From contig JBHIAE010000031.1 of assembly GCA_046758445.1 (NCBI GenBank), positions 1 through 32,013 on the forward strand: DNA of 32,013 nucleotides. The letters run 5' to 3'. The DNA comes from Candidatus Thorarchaeota archaeon (GTDB taxonomy: Archaea > Asgardarchaeota > Thorarchaeia > Thorarchaeales > Thorarchaeaceae). Under the pieces are notes generated by a model. That model did no database searches. It worked only from the letters and a program-made list of their open reading frames with translations, and was not told where the DNA came from. Positions 9,821 to 17,672 of this stretch are shown one piece after another (the stretch's first letter is position 1; the number at the start of each line of letters is the position of its first letter). Both the position numbers and the translations under genes were made by a program.

Positions 9821-10591
9821 GTGCAGGCAGAGTTTACAATCGAGTTCTACGACATTGTCGTTTACTTCATTGCTGTGTTGTACGCAACTGTCGTACTGAC
9901 AATTGCAGATATCGGCAGACGCAGGATGAATCTCAGCTCAGAAGCAACAAGAAGGATTGTACATCTTTTTGCAGGCGCCGCAATATGGACAGTTCCGTAT
10001 TTCCCACATCCTTGGGTGGCAACACTTGTCGGTCTAACGTTTGTTGTGATGCTTGCTCTGGCAAACCACGTGAGATTCAGCAGGTTCTTTGCTGCTATGG
10101 CGAGACCAGAGGACCTTGACCACGGAAGTGCAAGAGGCCCTTTCTGGTACGCGGTTTCAATCACCGTCTTGACTGCCGTCTTCACGTTCACAGGATATGA
10201 CCGACTCTATTTCGTTGCTGCGGCCGCCATTCACATGATGATGTTCGGAGATGGAATGAGCGCACCCATTGGCATAAGGTACGGAACCAAAACAACCAGA
10301 GTCATGTTTGGATCGAGAAGAAGCCTCCAAGGTACTGCTGCTGCATTCATCTTCGGGTTCCTTGGAGCGCTTCTTGCTTTCTGGATATTTGGCGTCATCA
10401 ACTATGGTGTCTTCGTACTTGGAAGTCAGATTCTATGGACCCAGATGATTCTCTTGGCGTTGGTTGGCGCAATCACTGGCACCCTTGTCGAACTAGTTAG
10501 CCCCAAGGGGACTGACAACATACTATTACCTCTGGTCAGCTGTGTCGTCATATTCTATGTAGGTATGGCCCTAGGAATTGTGGTCCTGTGA
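9821..10591 (+). CDS. CTP-dependent polyprenol/dolichol/phytol kinase-family membrane protein
   Basis: RRIVH, FGDGMSAPIG.RYG, RSLQG, E...KGTDN motifs and multiple TM helices; GTG start after GAGGAG. Confidence 0.82.
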   Translation: MQAEFTIEFYDIVVYFIAVLYATVVLTIADIGRRRMNLSSEATRRIVHLFAGAAIWTVPYFPHPWVATLVGLTFVVMLALANHVRFSRFFAAMARPEDLDHGSARGPFWYAVSITVLTAVFTFTGYDRLYFVAAAAIHMMMFGDGMSAPIGIRYGTKTTRVMFGSRRSLQGTAAAFIFGFLGALLAFWIFGVINYGVFVLGSQILWTQMILLALVGAITGTLVELVSPKGTDNILLPLVSCVVIFYVGMALGIVVL

Positions 10592-10593
10592 GC

Positions 10594-11154
10594 CTATTGA
10601 CCTGGCTCAACAGTCAGTCTGTAGTAATAGGTCTGACCGGCCGTATCGCTGTCCCTCTGAATACGGATTACCTCACCGGCCTTGGCACCAAGGACTTTCG
10701 CGGCAGGGTCGTCGCGATAGATTCTGGGCAACTGTGACTTCTCAATACCATAGTGGTCGAGGACCAATCTGACCTCTTCCTCATCGGCGATGACGTGGGC
10801 GGGGACTAGCTCGTGTCCGAATAGATCGAATGAGGCGTATCCACCTTCGACAAGCTCCACCCTAGTTTCACGTGCATGCTTCTTGGAGGCGGGAGTCACT
10901 CTGGATCCTCCCACGAGCATGCCCTCCTGTGCATTTGCCTCTTCCATGTCTTTGACAAGCTCCCTTACGAGCGCGACGCCTACGACTTTGGGCTCCTTGA
11001 ATATCCATACGACCGATAGAACCGTTGCGTCCTCCAATTCCTTCTTAGGATGCATCACGTACTTGTCATCATATTCCAAGAGCTCTTCAACCGCATACCC
11101 TCTAAGTGTCAGAAGACCCCGTGTTTTTAGAATCAAACTGGGAAGCTCAACCAA
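10594..11154 (-). CDS. rpoH: RNA polymerase subunit RpoH/Rpb5, paralogue 1, with eukaryote-like N-terminal domain (186 aa)
   Basis: C-terminal HELVP.H...LPRI...DPAAK.LGAK.G.VIRI.R.S.TAG...YYR signature. TTG start chosen by gap-free alignment to paralogue 2 (MVEL). Confidence 0.92.
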   Translation of the reverse strand: MVELPSLILKTRGLLTLRGYAVEELLEYDDKYVMHPKKELEDATVLSVVWIFKEPKVVGVALVRELVKDMEEANAQEGMLVGGSRVTPASKKHARETRVELVEGGYASFDLFGHELVPAHVIADEEEVRLVLDHYGIEKSQLPRIYRDDPAAKVLGAKAGEVIRIQRDSDTAGQTYYYRLTVEPGQ

Positions 11155-11195
11155 AATACGAACACCCGAAGATATGGAGCAATCCGGTCCGCGAG

Positions 11196-11210
11196 TTATA
11201 AAGATTCCCA
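11196..11210 (-). promoter_or_regulatory. TATA-box promoter of rpoH paralogue 1
   Basis: Minus strand GGGAATCTTTATAA about 42 nt upstream of the start; AATCTTTATA is identical to the element upstream of paralogue 2. Confidence 0.65.
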
Positions 11211-11240
11211 AGAGAATGATTTGGAAAAGTGATTAAGATG

Positions 11241-11273
11241 CCGACGCAACCCGTCGGGGGCCTCACTAGGCCC
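11241..11273 (-). terminator. Two adjacent GC hairpins downstream of rpoH paralogue 2
   Basis: ccgacg-caacc-cgtcgg and gggcc-tcacta-ggccc, followed on the minus strand by a pyrimidine-rich tract (cacttttcc). Confidence 0.45.
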
Positions 11274-11288
11274 GTGGACTCTCGAACA

Positions 11289-11843
11289 CTAGGAGCTTAC
11301 GACGAGGCGGTAATAGTAGACTGATCCTGCCGTATCACTTTGTCGTTCTATGCGGATGACCTGTCCAGGCTTTGCACCGAGCACTTTGGCCGCAGGGTCA
11401 CTTCGAAGTATCCGAGGAATCTCGTCGCGCCCGATGCCATAGTGCTCAAGGACAAGCCGGACCTCCTCCTCATCCGCTATACTATGAGGCGGAACAAGCT
11501 CATGAGAGAACAGGTCAAACGATGCGTATGTTCCTTGGATAAGTTCCACCCTTGTTTCCAAGGCTAGCTTCTTGGCCGCAGGTGTGAATCTCATCCCGCC
11601 AACTATCATGCCCTCGTTGGACTCGGATTCCTCCATTGTCTTGACCAGGTCTTTGACTATCGCCACACCAACAACTCGGGGCTCCTTGAATATCCAAACA
11701 ACTGACTTGACTTCTTCTTCATCAGTGTGCTTTGTTGGAAGCATCTGATATCTGTCTTCATACTCGAGCAGCTCACTGACATCATACGAGCGAAGATTGA
11801 GGAGATCCCTAGTCTTTAGCACTGTGCTAGCCAACTCTACCAT
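11289..11843 (-). CDS. rpoH: RNA polymerase subunit RpoH/Rpb5, paralogue 2, with eukaryote-like N-terminal domain (184 aa)
   Basis: Same RpoH C-terminal signature; about 68% identical to paralogue 1 (126/184, hand count, no gaps). Confidence 0.92.
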   Translation of the reverse strand: MVELASTVLKTRDLLNLRSYDVSELLEYEDRYQMLPTKHTDEEEVKSVVWIFKEPRVVGVAIVKDLVKTMEESESNEGMIVGGMRFTPAAKKLALETRVELIQGTYASFDLFSHELVPPHSIADEEEVRLVLEHYGIGRDEIPRILRSDPAAKVLGAKPGQVIRIERQSDTAGSVYYYRLVVSS

Positions 11844-11888
11844 GGAAAACCAACTCAAGAAGCTCTAGGCGTCGGCGCATCCAGTGAC

Positions 11889-11903
11889 CATATAAAGATT
11901 ATC
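11889..11903 (-). promoter_or_regulatory. TATA-box promoter of rpoH paralogue 2
   Basis: Minus strand GATAATCTTTATATG about 48 nt upstream of the ATG. Confidence 0.65.
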
Positions 11904-11949
11904 AACTGACCATCTTCGAATGCAGGGACGTGGACTCGAAATCGTAGTC

Positions 11950-12069
11950 CTACTCTTCGAAAAGGCGCATGGGCTGATTACAGCACACAAGAGTGCCAGT
12001 TCCGTACTTTACAACTCTAACGACCTGTTGGCAAATGTCACAGACGTAGATTGCTCCTTCTTTTCCCAT
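11950..12069 (-). CDS. Stand-alone desulforedoxin (Fe-Cys4) protein, 39 aa; absent from the ORF track
   Basis: Hand translation MGKEGAIYVCDICQQVVRVVKYGTGTLVCCNQPMRLFEE*: Y.CxxC...G.G.LVCC..PM desulforedoxin motif. Confidence 0.9.
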   Translation of the reverse strand: MGKEGAIYVCDICQQVVRVVKYGTGTLVCCNQPMRLFEE

Positions 12070-12249
12070 TCATGCCATTCTCCAAGCGATGCTATTGAAA
12101 GTACAACTCGTCAACGTATTATGGCTTCTGATAGTAGCCCCTATTATGTGAAAACACGGGCCTAGTGAAACTTACAGGCAAAAGGCATAGGACGAAGATA
12201 CTTATACGCAGGTGCAGCTCATGCTTTCATAAGGTAAGAGGCGATTGTC

Positions 12250-12675
12250 GTGGCCGGACTTACAAAAGGAATGATAGCTGACGTCAAGAAGAAGAGGGCG
12301 ATAACTCTTCCCGAGGACTTCTTCAAGAATCCAGATCTCAAGGAGATGAGGGCCGCTATGGTAATCTACTTTGAGCGGTCCGGAGAAGTGAGACTGATTC
12401 CTATGATGAAGGAGGGCGGAGCACGCGTCAGACTGGAGGTTGAGAAGGTGAATCCGGCCTTGATGCAAACGATGACTCAGTTGTTTAAGCAACATGATCT
12501 CAAGGTCCTTTTCACGACTGGGTTCTGCTTTGAAGAGAACCGTTGCGTGTACGAAGTCTACTTTGCTGCTGACGAGATTAGAAAGAAAGAACCAACTATT
12601 CGCCAGACGATCGAGAGCATTCCAGGACTATATGATGCTGAGTTCGAGATTCTTGAAATTGGGGTCGAGTGGTAG
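12250..12675 (+). CDS. Putative regulator: AbrB-like N-terminus plus ACT-like C-terminal domain
   Basis: DVKKKRAITLPEDF resembles the AbrB swapped-hairpin start; the C-terminal beta-alpha-beta-beta-alpha-beta pattern is ACT-like. Fold calls are inference. Confidence 0.5.
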   Translation: MAGLTKGMIADVKKKRAITLPEDFFKNPDLKEMRAAMVIYFERSGEVRLIPMMKEGGARVRLEVEKVNPALMQTMTQLFKQHDLKVLFTTGFCFEENRCVYEVYFAADEIRKKEPTIRQTIESIPGLYDAEFEILEIGVEW

Positions 12676-12711
12676 AGAAGTCTTGTTCGACCAAGTGCAT
12701 GATTCTTCGTT

Positions 12712-13350
12712 TCAGTCGATGACACGCAAGGCCACGTTTTCTTTGACTGCAGTATCTACGAGTTCCATCTTGACTTTGAGAAGTGCTTCCATATACCCTT
12801 GGATAAATGGTGCAGGATAGTACGGACTTGCAATCACAATCAAGTCATCGCGTATGTCTATTGATCCCCAACCATAGTCCTGCAAGAGTCCAGTTATTAG
12901 CTCTCGGCTTTCAGCTGCCTTGGGATCGGCACCCCTGAACAACCTCACTACGTCTTCGACCGCTGCTTGGCTACCTGCCGTGACACCAAGCTCGTATTGG
13001 TCAGACGGCGTGAGTTTGGAGAAGAAGAGAGATGTCATAGTTTCAGACTCCATGACAACTCTGAAGCCACTCACGTAGATACCTCGCTCATTCCATTTGT
13101 GAACTGAATAGTCCAGGAACCATCGAACTGCATCCTCAATGAGTTGAGCTCGTGATCTGCCTACTCTATCATGCACAAGGTTGTCGATTCTTCCTACAAG
13201 TGCCTGACTCATTGTGACACTGATAATCTTCTTCTTCAGCAGCTCACTAATCTCATTGAGTCGAGCTTCTTCGGACGCGTTGCGCTTGGCCTTGCCCTCG
13301 AGCCTTGCTTTCTCCTTCATTAATGCTGATTCCTCGAATCTTAGCGACAA
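12712..13350 (-). CDS. Ribbon-helix-helix (CopG/NikR-like) regulator with a V4R-like C-terminal domain
   Basis: IISVTMSQALVGRIDNLV...SRAQLIEDAVRWFL is an RHH pattern; YELG...GWGSI...FIQGYMEALL is V4R-like. TTG start after GAGG; the longer N-terminus in the track is probably non-coding. Confidence 0.7.
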   Translation of the reverse strand: MSLRFEESALMKEKARLEGKAKRNASEEARLNEISELLKKKIISVTMSQALVGRIDNLVHDRVGRSRAQLIEDAVRWFLDYSVHKWNERGIYVSGFRVVMESETMTSLFFSKLTPSDQYELGVTAGSQAAVEDVVRLFRGADPKAAESRELITGLLQDYGWGSIDIRDDLIVIASPYYPAPFIQGYMEALLKVKMELVDTAVKENVALRVID

Positions 13351-13546
13351 TCCTAGAAAACCTCCAGCTGCCACATGAGCGGAGCTATCGATGCACTCAT
13401 AGTGTGTATTTACATCTACGGGGTCTTGATAGTTCCACATCCATCTAACTATATGAACCCTTTGGGAGCATGATTGACCATTAACATTGTCCGTATGCAG
13501 AAACCTTAATCGCAGAATCTGCAAGGAAACGCCAGAGTTGTGATTC

Positions 13547-13807
13547 ATGGAATACTGCGAACTTTGGCTTGAAACAGACAATCGGCAATTTCGAGTCGCA
13601 CTACTTGTGCCAGACGGATTTGAACTCCCGGAAGGGTTCAACCTGCTTAGGCCGTTGGACCCCTCAGGAAAGATCCTCTATGTATCCGATTGGCATCCCG
13701 GGATTGCGAAAGCAAAGCAACAGATCAATAGCGCAGCTCAGTTCTATACAGATAGGGCAGAGAAGTTTCTTTTCTTTAGGGAGATAAGGCCAGCAAGCAC
13801 TGCTTGA
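13547..13807 (+). CDS. Small hypothetical protein (86 aa)
   Basis: Fills the gap between the RHH gene and the convergent membrane-protein gene, has globular composition, and has a GAAACCTTAAT promoter-like element about 40 nt upstream. Confidence 0.6.
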   Translation: MEYCELWLETDNRQFRVALLVPDGFELPEGFNLLRPLDPSGKILYVSDWHPGIAKAKQQINSAAQFYTDRAEKFLFFREIRPASTA

Positions 13808-13833
13808 TGTCGGCTTGACTATGCTCCTTGGTC

Positions 13834-13872
13834 GAAAAGAAAAAGGAAAGGGGGAGGGGCTCAATACCCCTC
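13834..13872 (-). terminator. Hairpin plus pyrimidine-tract terminator of the 13885-14532 gene
   Basis: Minus strand GAGGGG-TATTGAG-CCCCTC then CCCTTTCCTTTTTCTTTT. Confidence 0.65.
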
Positions 13873-13884
13873 TATGTTACTCGA

Positions 13885-14532
13885 CTATGGCCATGGAATA
13901 CCAAGGCCCACCAATGCCGGGTTCCAGAAGATGATAACTCCTATCCCGATGGCTGCTAGACCAATCAGAACTATTACAGGTGTAGCAGCGAAGACCCTTC
14001 CAATAAGCTGAATCAGCTTGATCAGAAGACCGCTAAGGAGATACACAACCGCGAATATGACAAAAGCTATCACGGCCATCCATTTGAATGAGATCACTTG
14101 AGTAACGATCTCACCAATGATTGGATCGGAAGCTAGGGGGGCCAGGAATCCGTACAAGGTAAAGGTACCAAACAGGGCCAAGCCCAGCGCCAGCACCAAA
14201 GCAATCGGGAACTTCGATAACAATCGCATACTCAAGGCGAATCCTGCGAGTATCAGTACTCCGGCCACAATGATGGCATCAGGGTTGGCCGCATAAACGA
14301 CATAGCCCACCAGCATATCAAGTATGCCAACAAAGAAGCCTAGGTATGTGCTTATAGCTACAAGGCCATCAAAGATTGTTCCCAAAAGCGGTACTGGATC
14401 GGTAATGTTCTCTAGCAGCCATGCAGCAGCCAGAATGCCAGAGCCTATCAACACCCAAGCGACGACTACGTCATTCTGAAAGTAGGCCACTATCTCATCG
14501 AGAGTGAGGTCCAAAAACTCCAATTGAAGCAT
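13885..14532 (-). CDS. Multi-pass membrane protein of unknown function
   Basis: About 6 hydrophobic segments; GAGGTG RBS upstream. Confidence 0.75.
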   Translation of the reverse strand: MLQLEFLDLTLDEIVAYFQNDVVVAWVLIGSGILAAAWLLENITDPVPLLGTIFDGLVAISTYLGFFVGILDMLVGYVVYAANPDAIIVAGVLILAGFALSMRLLSKFPIALVLALGLALFGTFTLYGFLAPLASDPIIGEIVTQVISFKWMAVIAFVIFAVVYLLSGLLIKLIQLIGRVFAATPVIVLIGLAAIGIGVIIFWNPALVGLGIPWP

Positions 14533-14589
14533 GGTTTACACCTCTTGCTTACTGACACGTTGGTTCACACCGTTTCTAAAAAACTATTC

Positions 14590-16116
14590 TCACACAATCT
14601 GTAGGCCTAATATCATGGAAGCCAGCATGAGCGAAACCCAATACAGTAGCCCGGATACTGCTCCCACTACCACAGGTCTCCGACCACCCACCATTTGAGT
14701 ATTCATATACCCGGTGGAAAGCGTGGTGACGAACAGAAACAGAAAGAGTGGAGTGATAGCCACAGTGTCTATGACACCTGGAATGAGTATTGGACCCTCT
14801 CCTAGTAGTGCACCGATGAAAAGAAACGGCGACAATGCCGTGAGAAGACCCAGTACAGCTGAGCTTGTTAGACTAAGTAGATAGACTTTGAGCCTTTGAG
14901 CCGCGATTATGGATTCACGTTCCTTCGCAACTGCAGACCTTTGAACGAGCCTTGCCGCAATGCGCGTTATTCTTTCACCGGCTGCAACTGCCGAAACTTC
15001 GCACATTGTAGGGATCATCTTGAGCATATTGGAGACTCGCTGACCCTTAGCAATTCCAGCAGATATCGACAAAGCCTCCTTTGAGCTACCTCCTCCCCAA
15101 TAGATGGAATTGATCGCAGGATCAATAAGCTGTTGGACTTCAGAACTGGCATCGTTGCGAACTTCCGTGATAGCCACTTCTAGAGTGTCACCAAATCTGA
15201 GCCGCTCCCCCAACAGCATCAAGAAGTTCAGAAACTCATCGTACTCTTCAACAATCTCCCGTTGAGAAGGCTGGAAGACACCAGCCTTATTCGGCCTGTC
15301 GAAATAGGAAGAGAACTGACTGGAGAATCGGTTCTTCAAGAGAAGATTCATCGCAAGAAATAGGGGCACCAACAGCAGCACCATGGGATTCGTGGCATAT
15401 CCTGAAAGAGAGACGGCAAGAGTCAGCATTATCGGAATATAGGTTGCCAGTGCGGCCACAACAAGAAGCCTGCTCTCAAGCTCAAGGTTTCTTTGCCGCA
15501 GCGTCATATCTGCTTCAAACGACTCGCCGGAGAGTAGATCAAGTAGCTCGGTCTTTCTTTCAAGAGCTGACAGGATACCCGTGATGTATCTCCTGAGATC
15601 ATCGGAGGGCTGATTCCTTGCGAATTCCGATAGGCAAGTTTCCGGGGGCACTCCCTCATTGACCCTGAGAATCATGCCCTGAAAGATGGGCGACAAGTAT
15701 GGATGTTGAGACTGAGCGACCATCTCGATTGCATCAAAGATTGTGCCATCGGCCTGAAACACCAGAACGAATTGCTCGAAGACTAAGTCAGCCTCCTCTG
15801 ATAGACCGAGTTTATAGCTATTTGTCTTGTTGACAGGGTAAGTAATCACCGCGTGGTAAGTAATGATAGACATCAACGCCGCAAGAGGGACAGCCACGAG
15901 AAAGTAAACTTGCAGAAGTAACAGTATAACGAGAATCCCTAGGATCATTCCGAAGGAAGTCAAATAAGCGGCTGCTACCACTCCCTGAACAGTGACGTGC
16001 ATGAATGGTTCCAGAAACCCGACTGCTCTGGATAGTTCTCTGTCTTCTCGTCGAAACCCAAGATTTGAGAGGAGGGGAATCCTTGAACTGAACCTGCAGA
16101 GTTGCTCATACAACAC
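14590..16116 (-). CDS. Type II secretion system F / TadC / FlaJ-like platform membrane protein
   Basis: Two repeated T2SSF-like blocks (GTIFDAIEMVA...G.PPETCLSEFA; GDTLEVAI..V...G.S.KEAL), each followed by TM helices. Confidence 0.65.
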   Translation of the reverse strand: MLYEQLCRFSSRIPLLSNLGFRREDRELSRAVGFLEPFMHVTVQGVVAAAYLTSFGMILGILVILLLLQVYFLVAVPLAALMSIITYHAVITYPVNKTNSYKLGLSEEADLVFEQFVLVFQADGTIFDAIEMVAQSQHPYLSPIFQGMILRVNEGVPPETCLSEFARNQPSDDLRRYITGILSALERKTELLDLLSGESFEADMTLRQRNLELESRLLVVAALATYIPIMLTLAVSLSGYATNPMVLLLVPLFLAMNLLLKNRFSSQFSSYFDRPNKAGVFQPSQREIVEEYDEFLNFLMLLGERLRFGDTLEVAITEVRNDASSEVQQLIDPAINSIYWGGGSSKEALSISAGIAKGQRVSNMLKMIPTMCEVSAVAAGERITRIAARLVQRSAVAKERESIIAAQRLKVYLLSLTSSAVLGLLTALSPFLFIGALLGEGPILIPGVIDTVAITPLFLFLFVTTLSTGYMNTQMVGGRRPVVVGAVSGLLYWVSLMLASMILGLQIV

Positions 16117-16181
16117 CTTTCAAGTCCTCTATTAGCTAGGCATCTGTTCATCTCTTAAGTTGCCCGTTGCTTGTGGACAAA

Positions 16182-16232
16182 TAAAGAAAGAAAGCAGGGA
16201 CCTTGGCAGCCAATGGGAGGCTTGGAGGTCCC
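16182..16232 (-). terminator. Hairpin plus pyrimidine-tract terminator of the surface-protein gene
   Basis: GGGACCT...AGGTCCC stem with an inner AGCC/GGCT stem, followed on the minus strand by CTTTCTTTCTTTA. Confidence 0.65.
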
Positions 16233-16248
16233 GGATTCTTGATATGAA

Positions 16249-17592
16249 CTACCTTCGCCTAACGAGTATGACGACACCAGCCACTCCGACGCCAAGAACC
16301 AACAGGAAGAACAAGCCGCCTCCTGCATCCCCGGCCAAGTTAGTGTATGCCACGTAGACTGGATCCTGTTCTACGCGCAGACCGTTCCACTCCGGGAACG
16401 TAACCGCATACCACCACTGACTATTGTGGAAGGCGGTGCCGGCATTTATCGCCAGCTGCAGGGGACTGTTGTACAGATTTCTGGCTCGGGCAGACAGACC
16501 ATAGGCCATGTGAGCGAAGAGCCAGGCCGACAGCGGAGCCTGCCATGCAATCAGGACGAAGTCGCTCGCTCGCGCACCCAAAAGGGTGTTGAGCGCCGTT
16601 TCCGAAGGGGACACCGTTGTCCATGGATCTGTCGACTCATTGACAAGGGCATACTGTCGACCAAGTCCAATGTCGAATGCACGCTCGTCATCGTCGCCGA
16701 TTTTGATTGATATATCGTCATCAAGTGGAGTCGTGGAGGTCGGCGGAGTGACAGTATTTCCGTCGGTTGCTCGAGTGACGGTATACCTTGAGGTGAAGAT
16801 CGACAGATAGTGAACTGCTGAGATCTCCATGGTGTCGACTATCAGTTCCGATGGATCAGCCGGGAATATCCCCAGCACTCTAGCAGCAGTGACCTGACCT
16901 ATCGTGTAGAGGGTTTCCGCGTGAACTGCTCCTGTATCATCCACGACGATATCATACTGGATGACAATCTCACTGATGAGCACCGTGAGTACTGGCCAAA
17001 TCAATGTATTCAGAAACTCTGATTCGTTCGCAGCTACAATCCTGGCCGGCATATTCGAATAACGCATTCCAAAGCGATAGTGGTTATCACCTAGTTTTGT
17101 TGCAGGAATGGGCTCCACAGTTGGAGTGACTTCCGGCCACGGATTGGCATTTGCAACAGGAACTACATACCACGCAGGTTCATTGCCTACGTCAGGCAGA
17201 TTGTTAGCACCATAGGTTTCGTTGTGTACAAGTAGAAATGCGAAGATCGCACCAATGAAGACCTCCTTGTTACCTGGAGTCTTGTAATGCATTCCGAACA
17301 GCTGGTATGGGACAACTAGCTGATCACCTCCAGCGGTGTTTATTTCGTTGAAGGCAATCAAGAAGGCCGAGAACTCTCCAACTCCAACATATGACGTCGT
17401 CAGAGTTGCATTGTCAGACCCGGATTCAACGAATATCGAGCTATTTGTCCAATACTCTTCATCGAAGGTGTGGCCGAAGACTGCAATCTCATCCCCTGCT
17501 TGCCATGCCAGCACACTAGGCATAAGCGCTATGGGCAAGAGTAGCAGTCCGACGACCCAGAGCGTGAAGAAACGAGTCTTGTGGTCGCGCAT
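16249..17592 (-). CDS. Secreted, C-terminally anchored cell-surface (glyco)protein
   Basis: Signal peptide MRDHKTRFFTLWVVGLLLL...VLA, several N-x-S/T sequons, C-terminal TM helix plus RRR; TTTAAA promoter-like element about 35 nt upstream. Confidence 0.8.
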   Translation of the reverse strand: MRDHKTRFFTLWVVGLLLLPIALMPSVLAWQAGDEIAVFGHTFDEEYWTNSSIFVESGSDNATLTTSYVGVGEFSAFLIAFNEINTAGGDQLVVPYQLFGMHYKTPGNKEVFIGAIFAFLLVHNETYGANNLPDVGNEPAWYVVPVANANPWPEVTPTVEPIPATKLGDNHYRFGMRYSNMPARIVAANESEFLNTLIWPVLTVLISEIVIQYDIVVDDTGAVHAETLYTIGQVTAARVLGIFPADPSELIVDTMEISAVHYLSIFTSRYTVTRATDGNTVTPPTSTTPLDDDISIKIGDDDERAFDIGLGRQYALVNESTDPWTTVSPSETALNTLLGARASDFVLIAWQAPLSAWLFAHMAYGLSARARNLYNSPLQLAINAGTAFHNSQWWYAVTFPEWNGLRVEQDPVYVAYTNLAGDAGGGLFFLLVLGVGVAGVVILVRRR

Positions 17593-17672
17593 CTTATATC
17601 TCCAAACATAAATACTTAGCATCTATTTAAAGACAATACTGTGATGGATAAGGAATCTTTCACATGGTGCCT

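Larger units (their letters stand above)
11263..12168. repeat. Perfect 14-bp inverted repeat pair (11263-11276 TCACTAGGCCCGTG / 12155-12168 CACGGGCCTAGTGA)
   Basis: Exact reverse complements read from the sequence; both arms are intergenic. Confidence 0.85.

Noticed and set aside
11240-11876. 8-bp complementarity between rpoH2 5' (11869-11876) and 3' (11240-11247) flanks
   Set aside because: It is short, and the 5' arm lies at or upstream of the expected transcription start.
13351-13641. N-terminal extension of the 309-aa ORF (likewise the NreA extension to 19160)
   Set aside because: It overlaps divergent genes and promoters; better RBS-supported starts lie downstream.
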